In this document: piece after piece, positions 24,891-36,755 of the stretch
How positions within the stretch are numbered: position 1 is the stretch's first letter
Layout: each line of letters opens with the position of its first letter
Source of the DNA: the human T2T-CHM13v2.0 reference genome, Homo sapiens
Reading direction: 5' to 3' (one strand)
DNA: 64,000 nucleotides
NCBI RefSeq assembly: GCF_009914755.1
Contig: NC_060926.1
Made by a program: the position numbers and the translations under genes
The notes under the pieces: model-generated
The model's input: only the letters and a program-made list of their open reading frames with translations
Databases searched by the model: none
Told to the model about the DNA's origin: nothing

Positions 24891-25149
24891 GTGAGTGGCC
24901 CCAAGCTGATCCACAGGGAAGCAAGAAACAGGTGGGAGGGTGAATGACCCCGCCCAATTAGGCTAAGTGGCTCACCCTTTCTCTGGGGACCCTTGTCTCC
25001 AAAGGCCACTGTAGGGGCTCACATAGAATCATGGAGGGGCTGACATGGACTAATTTGAGGTTCCATCTCTAGCTGAGCTAGAGCAACTATAATTCTGCCT
25101 TCAACCTGGGGTTGGGCACTGATACCCCTACTCTGGATGGCTCCAAACC

Positions 25150-25335
25150 CTATCATGTACTGGCTATATGACTTTGAGCAAGTTACCCCTTGAACCTCAC
25201 TTTCCTCATCTGTGAATTGGGTTCACTATTACCCACCTCACCAAATTCTTATGGGAATTAAATGTCAGGTGAAATGTGTGAAAGCAATTAGTGCAGTTCC
25301 TATGACACAGCTGGAACGCAGTATATGTTTGCTTC
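25150..25335 (+). mobile_element. MIR in intron 5
   Basis: tgactttgagcaagttacc...cctcactttcctcatctgtgaattggg. Confidence 0.7.
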
Positions 25336-26014
25336 CCTTTCCTTCCTCTAACCTCCCGGGGCTAGAAGGGCACTGCATGTTAGGGAAGGCACACACTGAA
25401 ACCAGCCAAGAAGCCCCAGGGCAGGGGGAGAATTCTGGCCACTGGTTTCAGGCTGTGGTCCTTCTGCTGAAGCCCTGGGGTTTAGCTGGGGTTGGCAGGG
25501 GTTGAGGGGTGAGCAGGTTTCATATTCAAGGAGTTCTGGCTAGTCTTAGGGGTGGGGGAGCCCTGTTAGCCCTGTAAATAAAGTTTAACGAGGTGAACAA
25601 TGGCTGGCTCTGTCCCTGAGGATGCTGTTTATGGGGCTGTAAATCACAGTCAGCCCTGGACTTTGGTCTAGTCCCTGGTAGAAGGAGGCAGGAGGGTGGG
25701 GTGGCCAGAGGCCCAGGGCTTCTGCATTATCAGTCCAGAGCTGGGGCTCTCCAGGCAGTGGGAAAGACAGGAGCAAACAAGAGGCCAGCAGCTGAGGAGC
25801 TCACTGATTGTGAGTTTTCAGAGCTTCTGAGGCTCTCTCTGTAGAATGAGATCTCAGATTTTCCCTCCAGCCCCCTCCCCACTCTAGCCATGGATTTTTT
25901 GCATTTTAGTCCATTTGCATGCCTCTTAACTTCAAAAACCCCGACTCCCTTCCATCCCAGGCCCTTCTGAGGAACTTGCCTAACTTCTCTCCCCAAGGCC
26001 AGGAGAAAATGTGA

Positions 26015-26355
26015 ATGAGGGTTGCTCTGAACCCTTGCAGGCCACACTGGATGCTGGTTAGAAGTACAGATTCTCAGTTCTACCCCAGACCTACAGAATC
26101 AGAATCTTCATTTGGTTGGGCATGGTGGCTTACACCTGTAATCCCAGCACTTCGGGAGGCTGAGATGGGAGGATCCCTTGAGCCCAGGATTTCAAGGCTG
26201 TAGTAAGCTATGATTGTGTCACTGCACTCTAGTCTAGGCAACAGAGTGAGACCCCATCAAAAAAAAAAAGAAAAAAAAAGAAAAGAAAAAGAATCTGCAT
26301 TTTAACAAGAGTCCTTGGTAATTCACATGCACATTGAAGTTTGAGAAGCCTGGCT
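26015..26355. mobile_element. MER5A DNA transposon interrupted by Alu monomer (FRAM, 26113-26290)
   Basis: ccccagacctacagaatcagaatct [Alu] agaatctgcattttaacaag...gaagtttgagaagc; TSD AGAATCT(T/G)CATTT. Confidence 0.78.
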
Positions 26356-26717
26356 CCAACTGTCTAAAATGTCCTGGCCTCAGCAATTAGCCTAGACAGC
26401 TGGGACTCCATGTGTCCCTGTATATGTCTGTACCCCTTTCATGTGCCTGCTATCTTGTACTGCCTGACCAAGCTATGTGCCCTTAGATTTGGGAAATATG
26501 TATCTCCTGAAAATCAAGTCTGTGCTTTGTCTTTATTGAGCAGTCAGCCCTGTTTCAACAGTGGTAGCTGCCTTCATCTGCGTGCTAGAGGGCTGGGCTG
26601 GACTTCAGCTTTCACCTAGGAAATGAGTCTTGCTGCCCTTTCCAGAAAGTGACACATCCTTGGGCACTCAAACCTGGGCATACAGAATTCTCATTTTACT
26701 CCATCCCCAACCCACAG

Positions 26718-26891
26718 AGTACCAGTGTATCCCAGACAGCACCATCCCCCAGGAAGACTACCGCTGCTGGCCATCCTACCACCACGGGAGCTGCCTCCTT
26801 TCAGTGTTCAACCTGGCTGAGGCTGTGGATGTCTGTGAGAGCCATGCCCAGTGTCGGGCCTTTGTGGTCACCAACCAGACCACCTGGACAG
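26718..26891 (+). CDS. PKDCC: PKDCC coding exon 6 (Cys-rich C-terminal domain)
   Basis: cccacAG|AGTACCAG...TGGACAG|GTGAGC; 174 nt; [57 protein letters not shown]. Confidence 0.97.
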
Positions 26892-27099
26892 GTGAGCCAG
26901 TGGGAGAAGCCCTTCCAAGGGAGATGGCAGGACCTCTCTGGAGGTTGATAGATAGTGATCCCCCATCGGAAGTCAGAGGGGGTGCTGAGGTGATGAGAGA
27001 GAGGTATACGTGTCTTCAAGGCAGTCAAATTAGGGAGAATGGTCTTGCCTCCAGAAAGAGAAACATCCAGCCCTGTTACCTCTCACCTCTGCCCCCCAG

Positions 27100-27185
27100 G
27101 TCGGCAGCTGGTCTTTTTCAAGACTGGATGGAGCCAAGTGGTCCCTGATCCCAACAAGACCACATATGTGAAGGCCTCTGGCTGA
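27100..27185 (+). CDS. PKDCC: PKDCC coding exon 7 to stop codon
   Basis: gccccccAG|GTCGGCAG...GGC TGA; 86 nt. Total CDS 639+123+272+80+108+174+86 = 1482 nt = 493 aa. Confidence 0.97.
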
Positions 27186-28015
27186 CCTATCTGAGGGCTC
27201 GGCTGACCAGCTGACTATCCTCAGCAGCTGGGCTTGCCTGTGGAGGGAGTGACTTGCACTGGCAGCACTGCATGTCACCTGGGAACCCCTGCAGACAAAG
27301 CTAACATCCCAGACAGACAGATGTGACCAGGACAAACGTGCAATAATGCCAAATGTTAAAATGTGAGTTTACCAGCCTAGCTATGGGACTGCTGGCTCCT
27401 AGTCCAGGAATCATGGGGGTATGACTGCCTCTCCAACCCTGTGGGCTGTAAGCAAGCTCAGGCTAGTCTCCCCACTGGGGGCTGTGCCCCTCCCTGGGAC
27501 GGTTCCGTGGGCAGCCCCATCACTGTGTTCAATAGTGTGAGAATGTAGCTAAAGCCCCTGCTGCTGCTGCTGCACATGCCACAGCAGGCGGTGGGGGCTG
27601 CGTGGGGACAATCCATCGTGGAGTGTTCTCTCAGCTTAGGTCTGGACAGGAGACTTGGCGGGAGATGCTCCAGGATGTGGGTGATTCTGTACCTGGGGAG
27701 GCTATCTCTGACCTCCCGACAGGGGACACTCCCAGGCCAGCCCAGGGGTCAGGGGCAGAGGTGCACACCTCAGCATGAGCCAAGACTGGGGTCAGGGAGC
27801 AGGTGTGGTTTGAGCCAGGACCTGGGGCGGGGGTGGGGCCGGGGCCTTTCTGCCTCATTTGCTTTCAATGAAAGCCTCAAAGCAGCCAAAACCAGGCTTT
27901 CCCCCTTCCTCGAGTTTGAATATCCAGAATCTTTTGTACTTCTTGTTGGTTAAATTGTTTATTTTTGTAAAAAATAAAATAAAATTAGTTAATAAAATGA
28001 TGTTTCACAGCAAAC
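27186..28015 (+). other. PKDCC: PKDCC 3' UTR (end approximate)
   Basis: Runs from the stop codon to about 20 nt past the last AATAAA. Confidence 0.8.
27973..27996 (+). terminator. Polyadenylation signal cluster
   Basis: AATAAA at 27973, 27978 and 27991, with a U-rich upstream tract (tttgta) and GU-rich downstream sequence (gtttcttaggttgtg). Confidence 0.88.
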
Positions 28016-31000
28016 TCTTCCCTAATGACAGTTTCTTAGGTTGTGACTTCTTGGTCCTCAGTTATATCCTTGGTATATGTTTGTGGGGATGCATGTGTCA
28101 CAGGGGAAGATGAGTGAAATCTCAGCAGCAAACCCTGAAGTCATCACAAAGTGTTTTCAGGCCCTGCTCCCACCCATGGTGCCCACCTCCTGCTGGGTCT
28201 TCCACATCGTGTCCCCAAAAAAGACATGGGGACTCCCTTTTCCCCCAAGGAAGTTCTCATTTTTACAGACCGGCTTCTTATGTATGAAGCCCTAACCCAG
28301 TGGAATAATGTCCTCATGGTGAGATGTCAGCCATGAAGGGGTCACAAGGAGCACCCGAACAACCTGCAGGTGGGTCAGCTTTACCTCTGCCCAGGGTTGG
28401 ACCTGGCCTGGGCCCACCACAAGGTCATGGGCACTAAGCTTTTCTGAGTCTTTCCCTGAACATGAAATATATGAACATTCAGAAGAAAGGAGGGTCTGTG
28501 GAAAGACCAGCTTCCACTTTGTCAATTTTAGGAGGGAAGGTCTAGCTGGGCTATATCGAAGTCCAGAGCAAAAACAAGAACCTGCGGGTTTAGGATCACA
28601 CGGAGGCCAGAGAGCTCCGCCATGAATGCAGGGCTTCTGACTTGAAACCCATATCTTCTCTCCTATACACCATTCTACTTTTAGAATATTCTGGATGGGC
28701 ACAAACCTTTGGAGGCTTTAAAAAGAATAACCAAACTTTAACCTGATTTCTCCTCAACAGACGTGGTTGGTGTAATTTGTCACATAACAAGATGTCCCTG
28801 TAGTTCGAGGTGACTGAGGAGCCGTATTTGCTCTGCAGCCCTAGTCATAGTCGCCGCTCTGACCCTCAGGGTTGCAGCTCACCACTGCCATCCCCAGCCC
28901 ACACACCCCACATCTTGCCTCTGGTGTTGGGCTTGTTGATTGTGGGATTGTGGGTGGAGGGGAGAGGCAGAGCCTCCACAAAGCCTCACACCATGACAAT
29001 GCAGCCAAATCCTGCCATGCTCACCACCCTCAGACCATCCTTAACCCTCGAAGGAGGACCTCAGCTTCCATCACCCTCGGGCCTCCTTCCCTAGCTGAAC
29101 TCACTCCATGCAACATGCATAGCCCACCCCACGCAATCCAGTACTGGACTTTACACAATCCTCTATTACCCTCCAACAGTCATATGGCCTGTGGGGCTCT
29201 GAGGGCCGGAGGAACCGCATCCACCAAGGAGGCACAAGGCGGGGCCAGAAGTGATGAGAACCTGAGGGGAGGGGGCTGGGCCAGGAAGTTTGCGAGGGCT
29301 GCACAGTCCAGAGGGACCCAAGGACCCAGTAATAACCAGGAGAGAGGCCCGCAGGGCTCAGGAACCACAGGACTCTGGGGAAAAAGACCAAAGTGAACCA
29401 AGTACTGCCTTCCTGGCTTTGAGAGATTTCCAGACGAGGGGTTCACCAGCCCCTGGAGAGGGACAGAGGGAAATAATACTTCCAGAGGACCAGGCTCTGG
29501 CCTCAGCAAGGTACAAAATTATTCCAATTCTAGCCCAGAAAACTGAAGCCCAGGTAACAGCTGCTAAGTGTTTCAGCAAGCATTCTAATCCAGCCTCCCT
29601 CCAAGCCTGCGCTCTGTCCGGTAGTACGGAGTGCTGCCTCCGAGAAGGGACCCATTGCAGCAGGAAGAGTGTAAGCTAGAGTTAGGGAAGCGCCTCCTTC
29701 CTGTGAGTGTGTAACAAACCGAAATGGAGGTCCCGCAAGGCATAACATCTTTTTAGAAAGACTGACACACAGTGGCTGAAGGGGATGGTGGACGGCTCCT
29801 TCCTTAGTGAGTGAGCCTTGTCCCAGAACCTATTTCTGGGGGCAAAAATGGCCAGATTCAGTCCTGCAGAGTCAAGAGAAGGGCATTTGCAACTGGGAAT
29901 GGAGAAGGGATGGAGTGCCAGAAAGAAAGGGGAGGTAAAGGAAAGCCTGAAGCAAAATCATTCCTCTCCCAGATGACCTTTCACAGAGAGCCACCTGTTT
30001 CAGCCAGAAACACAACGCCACCTCCCCTTCCACCCACCAAGCCACGTTCTTCCTACTCCACTGCAATGCTAGTGATACCCGGGTGTAGTGAACAGAAAAA
30101 ATATATTCACCCAACTGAAGCCTCAGGTGACATGCGCCAGAGGAGGGAAGGCAAGGGTGGGGATTGGGAAGGGATCCTTTTCTGAATTGGGGAAAGGATC
30201 CCCCAGTTGTGTTCCTGAATTGAGGAAGCAATGCAGGAGGGCAGTATGACCTAGTGGTTCCCCGTGAGGCTCTGGAGCCAGCCAAAGCTGGGCAGGAGTC
30301 CCAGACAGTTCTGCTTTTTGCTCAGTGTGATCTGGTTCATGACAACCTCCCTGAGCCTCCATTTCCTCATCTGCAAATTTCAGATGGATAATCTGCTTCA
30401 CAGCAGCCTTACGGAAACTGAATAAAATCCTGCCTTAGCCAGGGTCAGCAAACGGTACATGCTTAGGAAATACTGGCTGATGCTGTCATTGTTATTATTT
30501 ATTAGCGAGCTAAGCCCTCAGTGTTATCCATGGCCTGGCCTGGAAGAACATCCAGGTCAACTGCGGAGGACGAAGGCACGAGCTGGACTGCCCACCCCTT
30601 GACTCTGCAGCCCCCGCCCCACCCCGCCCTCCCACCATAGGGAATAGGGCCTTCAACTGCGGGAGGTGGGGCCCGGCTCTCTGGGTCAGTGCCCTGGGAG
30701 TTCAGTGTGTGGTAGACAGAAGGAGGAAGAGGATTAACATGAAAGCAGAAAATGGGATTAGGAGGCCTCAGGATAATGTGCCCACCCACCCCCCATCCAT
30801 GACAACAGCTTCTTGCTTTCACTCTGTGGCTTCTGGAGCCCGAAGCATGTAAGACTTGGTTGTCCCTGCTCCTGAGGGCAGAGCCAGGAAAGGAGACTTG
30901 GACTCTGAGCATGAGACTACTCAGTTGACTAGGAAGAGGGGCAGGGCTGTAGCTGGCTGCAGGCCAGGCCTGCGTGACTTTCTGTGCACTTTCTCATTTA

Positions 31001-32445
31001 ATCCTTACGGCAACTCTGAGAGGTGGGTGATGGCCCAGAGGGGTGAAGAGCAGGGATCCAAGCCTAGGCTGTTGCCCCCAAAAGCCTGTGTTCCTTTCCC
31101 TCCACCCAGAAGCACACCCAGTTATTGCCCTAAACCCATAGGAGCAATGATCCACTCACACCTGCCACCTCCCCTGGATCATCCACAAAAGTGAGGATGT
31201 CCCAAGGACCCTGACCTTAAAGGACCCCTTTGAGGTCTATGTGAAGAACTTTTATGTTTCTCTGTTCACCTCTCCGTGAACCCCAGCCAAGGCTACCCCC
31301 TGAGGTAGACAAAGTGCCACATCATTCCCACCTACGGGAAGGAGATAGACCAAGATATTTCTAATAATTGCCTCTTAAGCTCTAGAGGATCCCTACAACT
31401 GTGTTTGGGGGAAGTTCCTTCTCCCACTCTCATTCCAGTCAAGGGCCCTGTCAGTCTCCTTTTCTCAGCATTTTAACGACTTGTTGTCCTGGCCCATCCT
31501 ACCCAGCCCTAGGCCCTCTGGCCTCATTCCAGCTCCAGAAAGCCTCTCCTAGGATGCAGAAAAAAGAACTTTTCCCTCTATCATTCAAGGCCCCAACAGG
31601 AAACAGAGAGCACAGTGTGCATAAGACCCATTTACAAATGTGTAGGTCCAAAGGATAGCTATGACCTGAGCCAGTGGCAGCCAAGCTATTTCCATCTCTA
31701 TCCCCCACCAAAGGAAGGGAGTGGGAGCTATTACCAGAACTCAGAACCTGGAAGAAGAACCCAGGAGTCATGTAGAGTTGGCACTTGAAGAAGTGACCAA
31801 AGGACACCACCAGACAGGGTGACCCCACAAGGTGGGACATATACTCTCACCACACATTCCGTCCTCACTCCCCCAGTCTCCTGCTGAGCTCCCCATTGGC
31901 CAAACTCAACTTGAAGGCAGAGGGCTAAGGAACTCAATGTGCTCACCTAAGAGCTGGTCAGGAGCACCCCATCTCACCTCACATCTTTGGGATTTTGTTT
32001 GGCTTGAGGGGAAGGCAAGAGATGACTTTTTTGTTCCCAGTTCCATCCTTAGATATTCAGCAATTTGTTGTTGTTTGAATGAAGTCACACTTTTGGGCCC
32101 AATCCTGCAGAAAGTCCCTTACAGCATGCATTCTCAACAGAGCTACCATCATTCCCAAGGAGACAACACTTGGTTCTTGGGAGATGGAAAGTCTTAGATA
32201 TCACAATGGTTTATGGCCCTGCAAAGGGCCACAGGACATAAACAGAAATGCAATATTCCATGCTATTAAAATTTCATGGAAGGTGGTGGCAACTGGGGGA
32301 AAGGTAGGTTAAAAAAAGTACTTGGTGGGGGTGGGGGATAATAATGGAAAACAGGTTGAGAAGCACTGGATTATAGTGACCCAAAATCTTTCCTTGGGCT
32401 GTCACTGAGAGCTTCAAATCTCTCATCCTCAAAGGTGCAGCTTAT

Positions 32446-32517
32446 ACTATTATTTTCTAAACTGGTATATATGATGTATTCACTATTATTTTCTAAACTG
32501 ATATATATGATGTATTT
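32446..32517. repeat. 36-bp tandem duplication
   Basis: ACTATTATTTTCTAAACTG(G/A)TATATATGATGTATT(C/T) twice, 2 mismatches. Confidence 0.92.
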
Positions 32518-32556
32518 ACATGTATTCTCTTTACACATCCATAAAAACAAAGTTCA

Positions 32557-33020
<464 letters not shown>

Positions 33021-33269
33021 TCATTCTTCTCTCAACAGATCAAGCCACAAAATATTTCTTGGATGCTAGTCACTGTAATGAATCCAGAAATATCAACCAT
33101 GCTCTGCCTTTCAGGAGCCCACTAAGTCACTGGAGATGTCACAATTCAAGGTGATATATGATCCATGACTCTATGGCGATGGGGATGATTTCCACATGTG
33201 ACTTGTGAAAGCAAAAGGGCTTGATAGTCACATCTCAAATCATTAAGGGCCAGTTAACTTGGTCCCCCC

Positions 33270-33705
33270 AGGAGCATCAATTCCCCAGCAGGAGCCCCAC
33301 AGTTCACATTTTTCCATCCAGATAAAGACTTGTTTATCCTTACTCTTTATTCCTTATCTCTAAGCCAGTTCCCTATTTGTTTCCAACATTCTCTCCATTC
33401 CCATGGTGACTCAACTCCTTTAACATGCTTTGGTGTGGCACCTGTCAGAGGACGCTTGAAAGTGTAAGGAGATTGTGTCTCCTGTTTCCCCCTTATCCGC
33501 ACACTTATTCTGACCCTTCACAAAGCTCTAGTAGATTAGGGAAGCATGATTTCTCCTTACCAAAGACAGGCTGCCTTTCCACAGGAGGTGGAGTTTTCTC
33601 AAGCACCCGTAATCCTGCCCTGAGAGGTTCTGTCAGCTTGCCTGGCATGGAAACTAAACTCTCGCACCATTTCCCAGAGACCCCTCTGGTGCCTTCGGTT
33701 CTTCA
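33270..33705 (-). mobile_element. Ancient CR1/L3-type LINE reverse-transcriptase fragment
   Basis: Minus-strand translation across frameshifts gives SLVSMPGKLTE...FGKEKSCFPNLLELCEG...DKGETGDTISLHFQ...PHQSMLKELSHHG...IGNWLRDKE*RVRINKSLSGWKNVNCGAP, matching CR1 RT motifs. Confidence 0.8.
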
Positions 33706-34710
33706 GCACGAGGGTCAGTCTCAAGAAAAGGCTCTCATTTTGTCCTATGCTTCCATGATGTCAATCTTCTTATTTATTGGCAGCAGGCTGGACTGGGGGG
33801 TGGCAGGGGGTGCAGAGAGGGGATACAAAACAAAAACAAAACATACAGTGTGCCTTACTTTCCATTGCTTGGAGATTTCAGGCACTGTAATTCATCTGAA
33901 CTTGTGCAGAAGATAATAGTAAGGTTATCTGTATCACATTTCATTTTATGACATATCACCTTGTTTACACCGCTCTTTGGGTTGTATATGGGATATAGAT
34001 TACCTTTAAACACTCTGGTTTTGTTTAGTCCTTTTATTCTGCCATCAATAAAAAGTTTTAAAGGCAACCATTGTTCTAAGAAATGACTATTGCACTTAGG
34101 GCACAAAGCTACTTTAATTGAGAAAGACAGATTATCTTGTACCTTGGCCTCCCGTATCTTATTGAAGCAGGCTTTGATGCCGTGCGGAGTCTTCTGACTC
34201 CATCGTTGAGCTATGCAGCATTCTGCAGTTATTAAGAGCAAATGAATTTCTTCTTTAAACACAGACCTCTGCTTAGCACATTTAGTACTATTTGACTTGG
34301 GTCTCAAGATAGTGCTATACCCGGAATGGACTTCGCATGCCGAATTTTTTTAGAAATTACCCACAATCCTATCACATATGCTGAAGTGACCTTTTTTTTC
34401 CTATAGGCTCTCCAACAATGTGCTGAGATGAAGAGATTTCTACAGGGTACTTTCGGGTTAGGAACTTACAGGTTAACTCTTTAATGCTCAAGTCTTTATG
34501 TAATCCATTCATGCTGCTTCTGAAAATATATTCTTAGCAAATAATTCAAAATATGAAAAGATTCAGATGCACACAGATGCTCCTTGCAACATTATTTAGA
34601 ATAACAAAAATGAGAACTGTTTGGCAATATGAGAAAATGTATAAATTATACTGTTAAATGAAAAAGCAGTATGCAACCCATATATTCAACTATGTAAGAA
34701 TAAATTTGGA

Positions 34711-34980
34711 GGCTGGGCACGGTGGCTCACACCTATAATCCCAGCATTTGGGTGGCTGAGGCTGGCGGGTCACTTGAGGCCAGGCGTTCCAGACCAGCCT
34801 GGCCAACATGGTGAAACCCTGTCTCTACGAAAAATACAAAAAAAATTAGCTGGGCATGGTGGCGTGTGCCTGTAATCCCAGCTACTCAGGAGGCTGAGAC
34901 TTGAGAATCACTTGAACCAGGGAAGCGGAGGTTTCAGTGATCTGCAGTCCAGTCTGGGTGACAGAGTGAGACTCCATCTC

Positions 34981-35010
<30 letters not shown>
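34711..35010 (+). mobile_element. AluS with right-arm deletion and long poly-A
   Basis: Alu consensus match; about 29 A tail. Confidence 0.9.
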
Positions 35011-35012
<2 letters not shown>

Positions 35013-35115
35013 AGCCCCCCCCCCGCCGCCCATCTCAAAAAAAATAGTGGAAGAGACTGGAAGGAAATACACAAAAACCAGTAATTTTGCAAGGATGACA
35101 AAGGTATTTTTCTTT

Positions 35116-36396
35116 TATATATATATTTTATTATACTTTAAGTTCTAGGGTACATGAGCACGATGTGCAGGTTTGTTACATATGTATACATGTGCCATGT
35201 TGGTGTGCTGCACCCATTAACTTGTCATTTACATTAGGTATATCTCCTAATGCTATCCTTCCCCCCTCCCCCCACCCCACAGCAGGCCCCAGTGTGTAAT
35301 GTTCCCCTTCCTGTGTCCAAGTGTTCTCATTGTTCAATTCCCACCTATGAGTGAGAACATGCGGTGTTCGGTTTTTTGTCCTTGTGATAGTTGCTGAGAA
35401 TGATGGTTTCCAGCTTCATCCATGTCCCTACGAAGGACCTGAACTCATCATTTTTTATGGCTGCATAGTATTCCATGGTGTGTATGTGCCACATTTTCTT
35501 AATCCAGTCTATCATTGTTGGACATTTGGGTTGGTTCCAAGTCTTGGCTATTGTGAGTAGTGCCGCAATAAACATACGTGTGCATGTGTCTTTATAGCAG
35601 CATGATTTATATTCCTTTGGGTATATACCCAGTAATGGGATGGCTGGGTAAAATGGTATTTCTAGTTCTAGATCCCTGAGGAATCGCCACACTGTCTTCC
35701 ACAATGGTTGAACTAGTTTACAGTCCCACCAACAGTGTAAAAGTGTTCCTATTTTTCCACATCCTCTCCAGCACATGTTGTTTCCTGACTTTTTAATGAT
35801 CGCCATTCTAACTGGTGTGAGCTGATATCTCATTGTGGTTTTGATTTGCATTTCTCTGATGGCCAGTGATGATGAGCATTTTTTCATGTGTCTGTTGGCT
35901 GCATAAATGTCTTCTTTTGAGAAGTGTCTGTTCATACCCTTTGCCCACTTTTTGATGGGGTTGTTTGTTTTCTTCTTGTAAATTTGTTTGAGGTTCTTTG
36001 TAGATTCTGGATATTAGCCCTTTGTCAGATGAGTAGATTGCAAAAATTTTCTCCCATTCCATAGGGTGCCTGTTCGCTCTGATGGTAGTTTCTTTTGCTG
36101 TGCAGAAGCTCTTTAGTTTAATTAGATCCCATTTGTCAATTTGGCTTTTGTTGCCATTGCTTTTGGTGTTTTAGACATGAAGTCCTTGCCCATGCCTATG
36201 TCCCGAATGGTAATGCCTAGGTTTTCTTCTAGGGTTTTTATGGTTTTAGGTCTAACATTTAAGTCTTTAATCCATCTTGAATTAATTTTTGTATAAGGTG
36301 TAAGGAAGAGATCCAGTTTCAGCTTTCTACATATGGCTAGCCAGTTTTCCCAGCGCCATTTGTTAAATAGGGAAGCCTTTCCCCATTTCTTGTTTT
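35116..36396 (-). mobile_element. 5'-truncated L1PA (about PA3-PA5): ORF2 C-terminus and 3' UTR
   Basis: ORF 35345..35935(-) is the L1 ORF2p C-terminus ([18 protein letters not shown]), with frameshifts upstream. 20-bp TSD TGACAAAGGTATTTTTCTTT at 35096-35115 and 36397-36416. Confidence 0.96.
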
Positions 36397-36444
36397 TGAC
36401 AAAGGTATTTTTCTTTATTGCCAAACCTTTTATATGTGTTGTGA

Positions 36445-36755
<311 letters not shown>

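Noticed and set aside
33702-33722. REST/RE1-like TTCAGCACGAGGGTCAG
   Set aside because: About six mismatches to the 21-bp RE1 consensus and the right half is poor.
35345-36424. ORFs with clear protein homology (196, 84 and 100 aa)
   Set aside because: Frameshifted pieces of L1 ORF2p in a 5'-truncated insertion, not a host gene.
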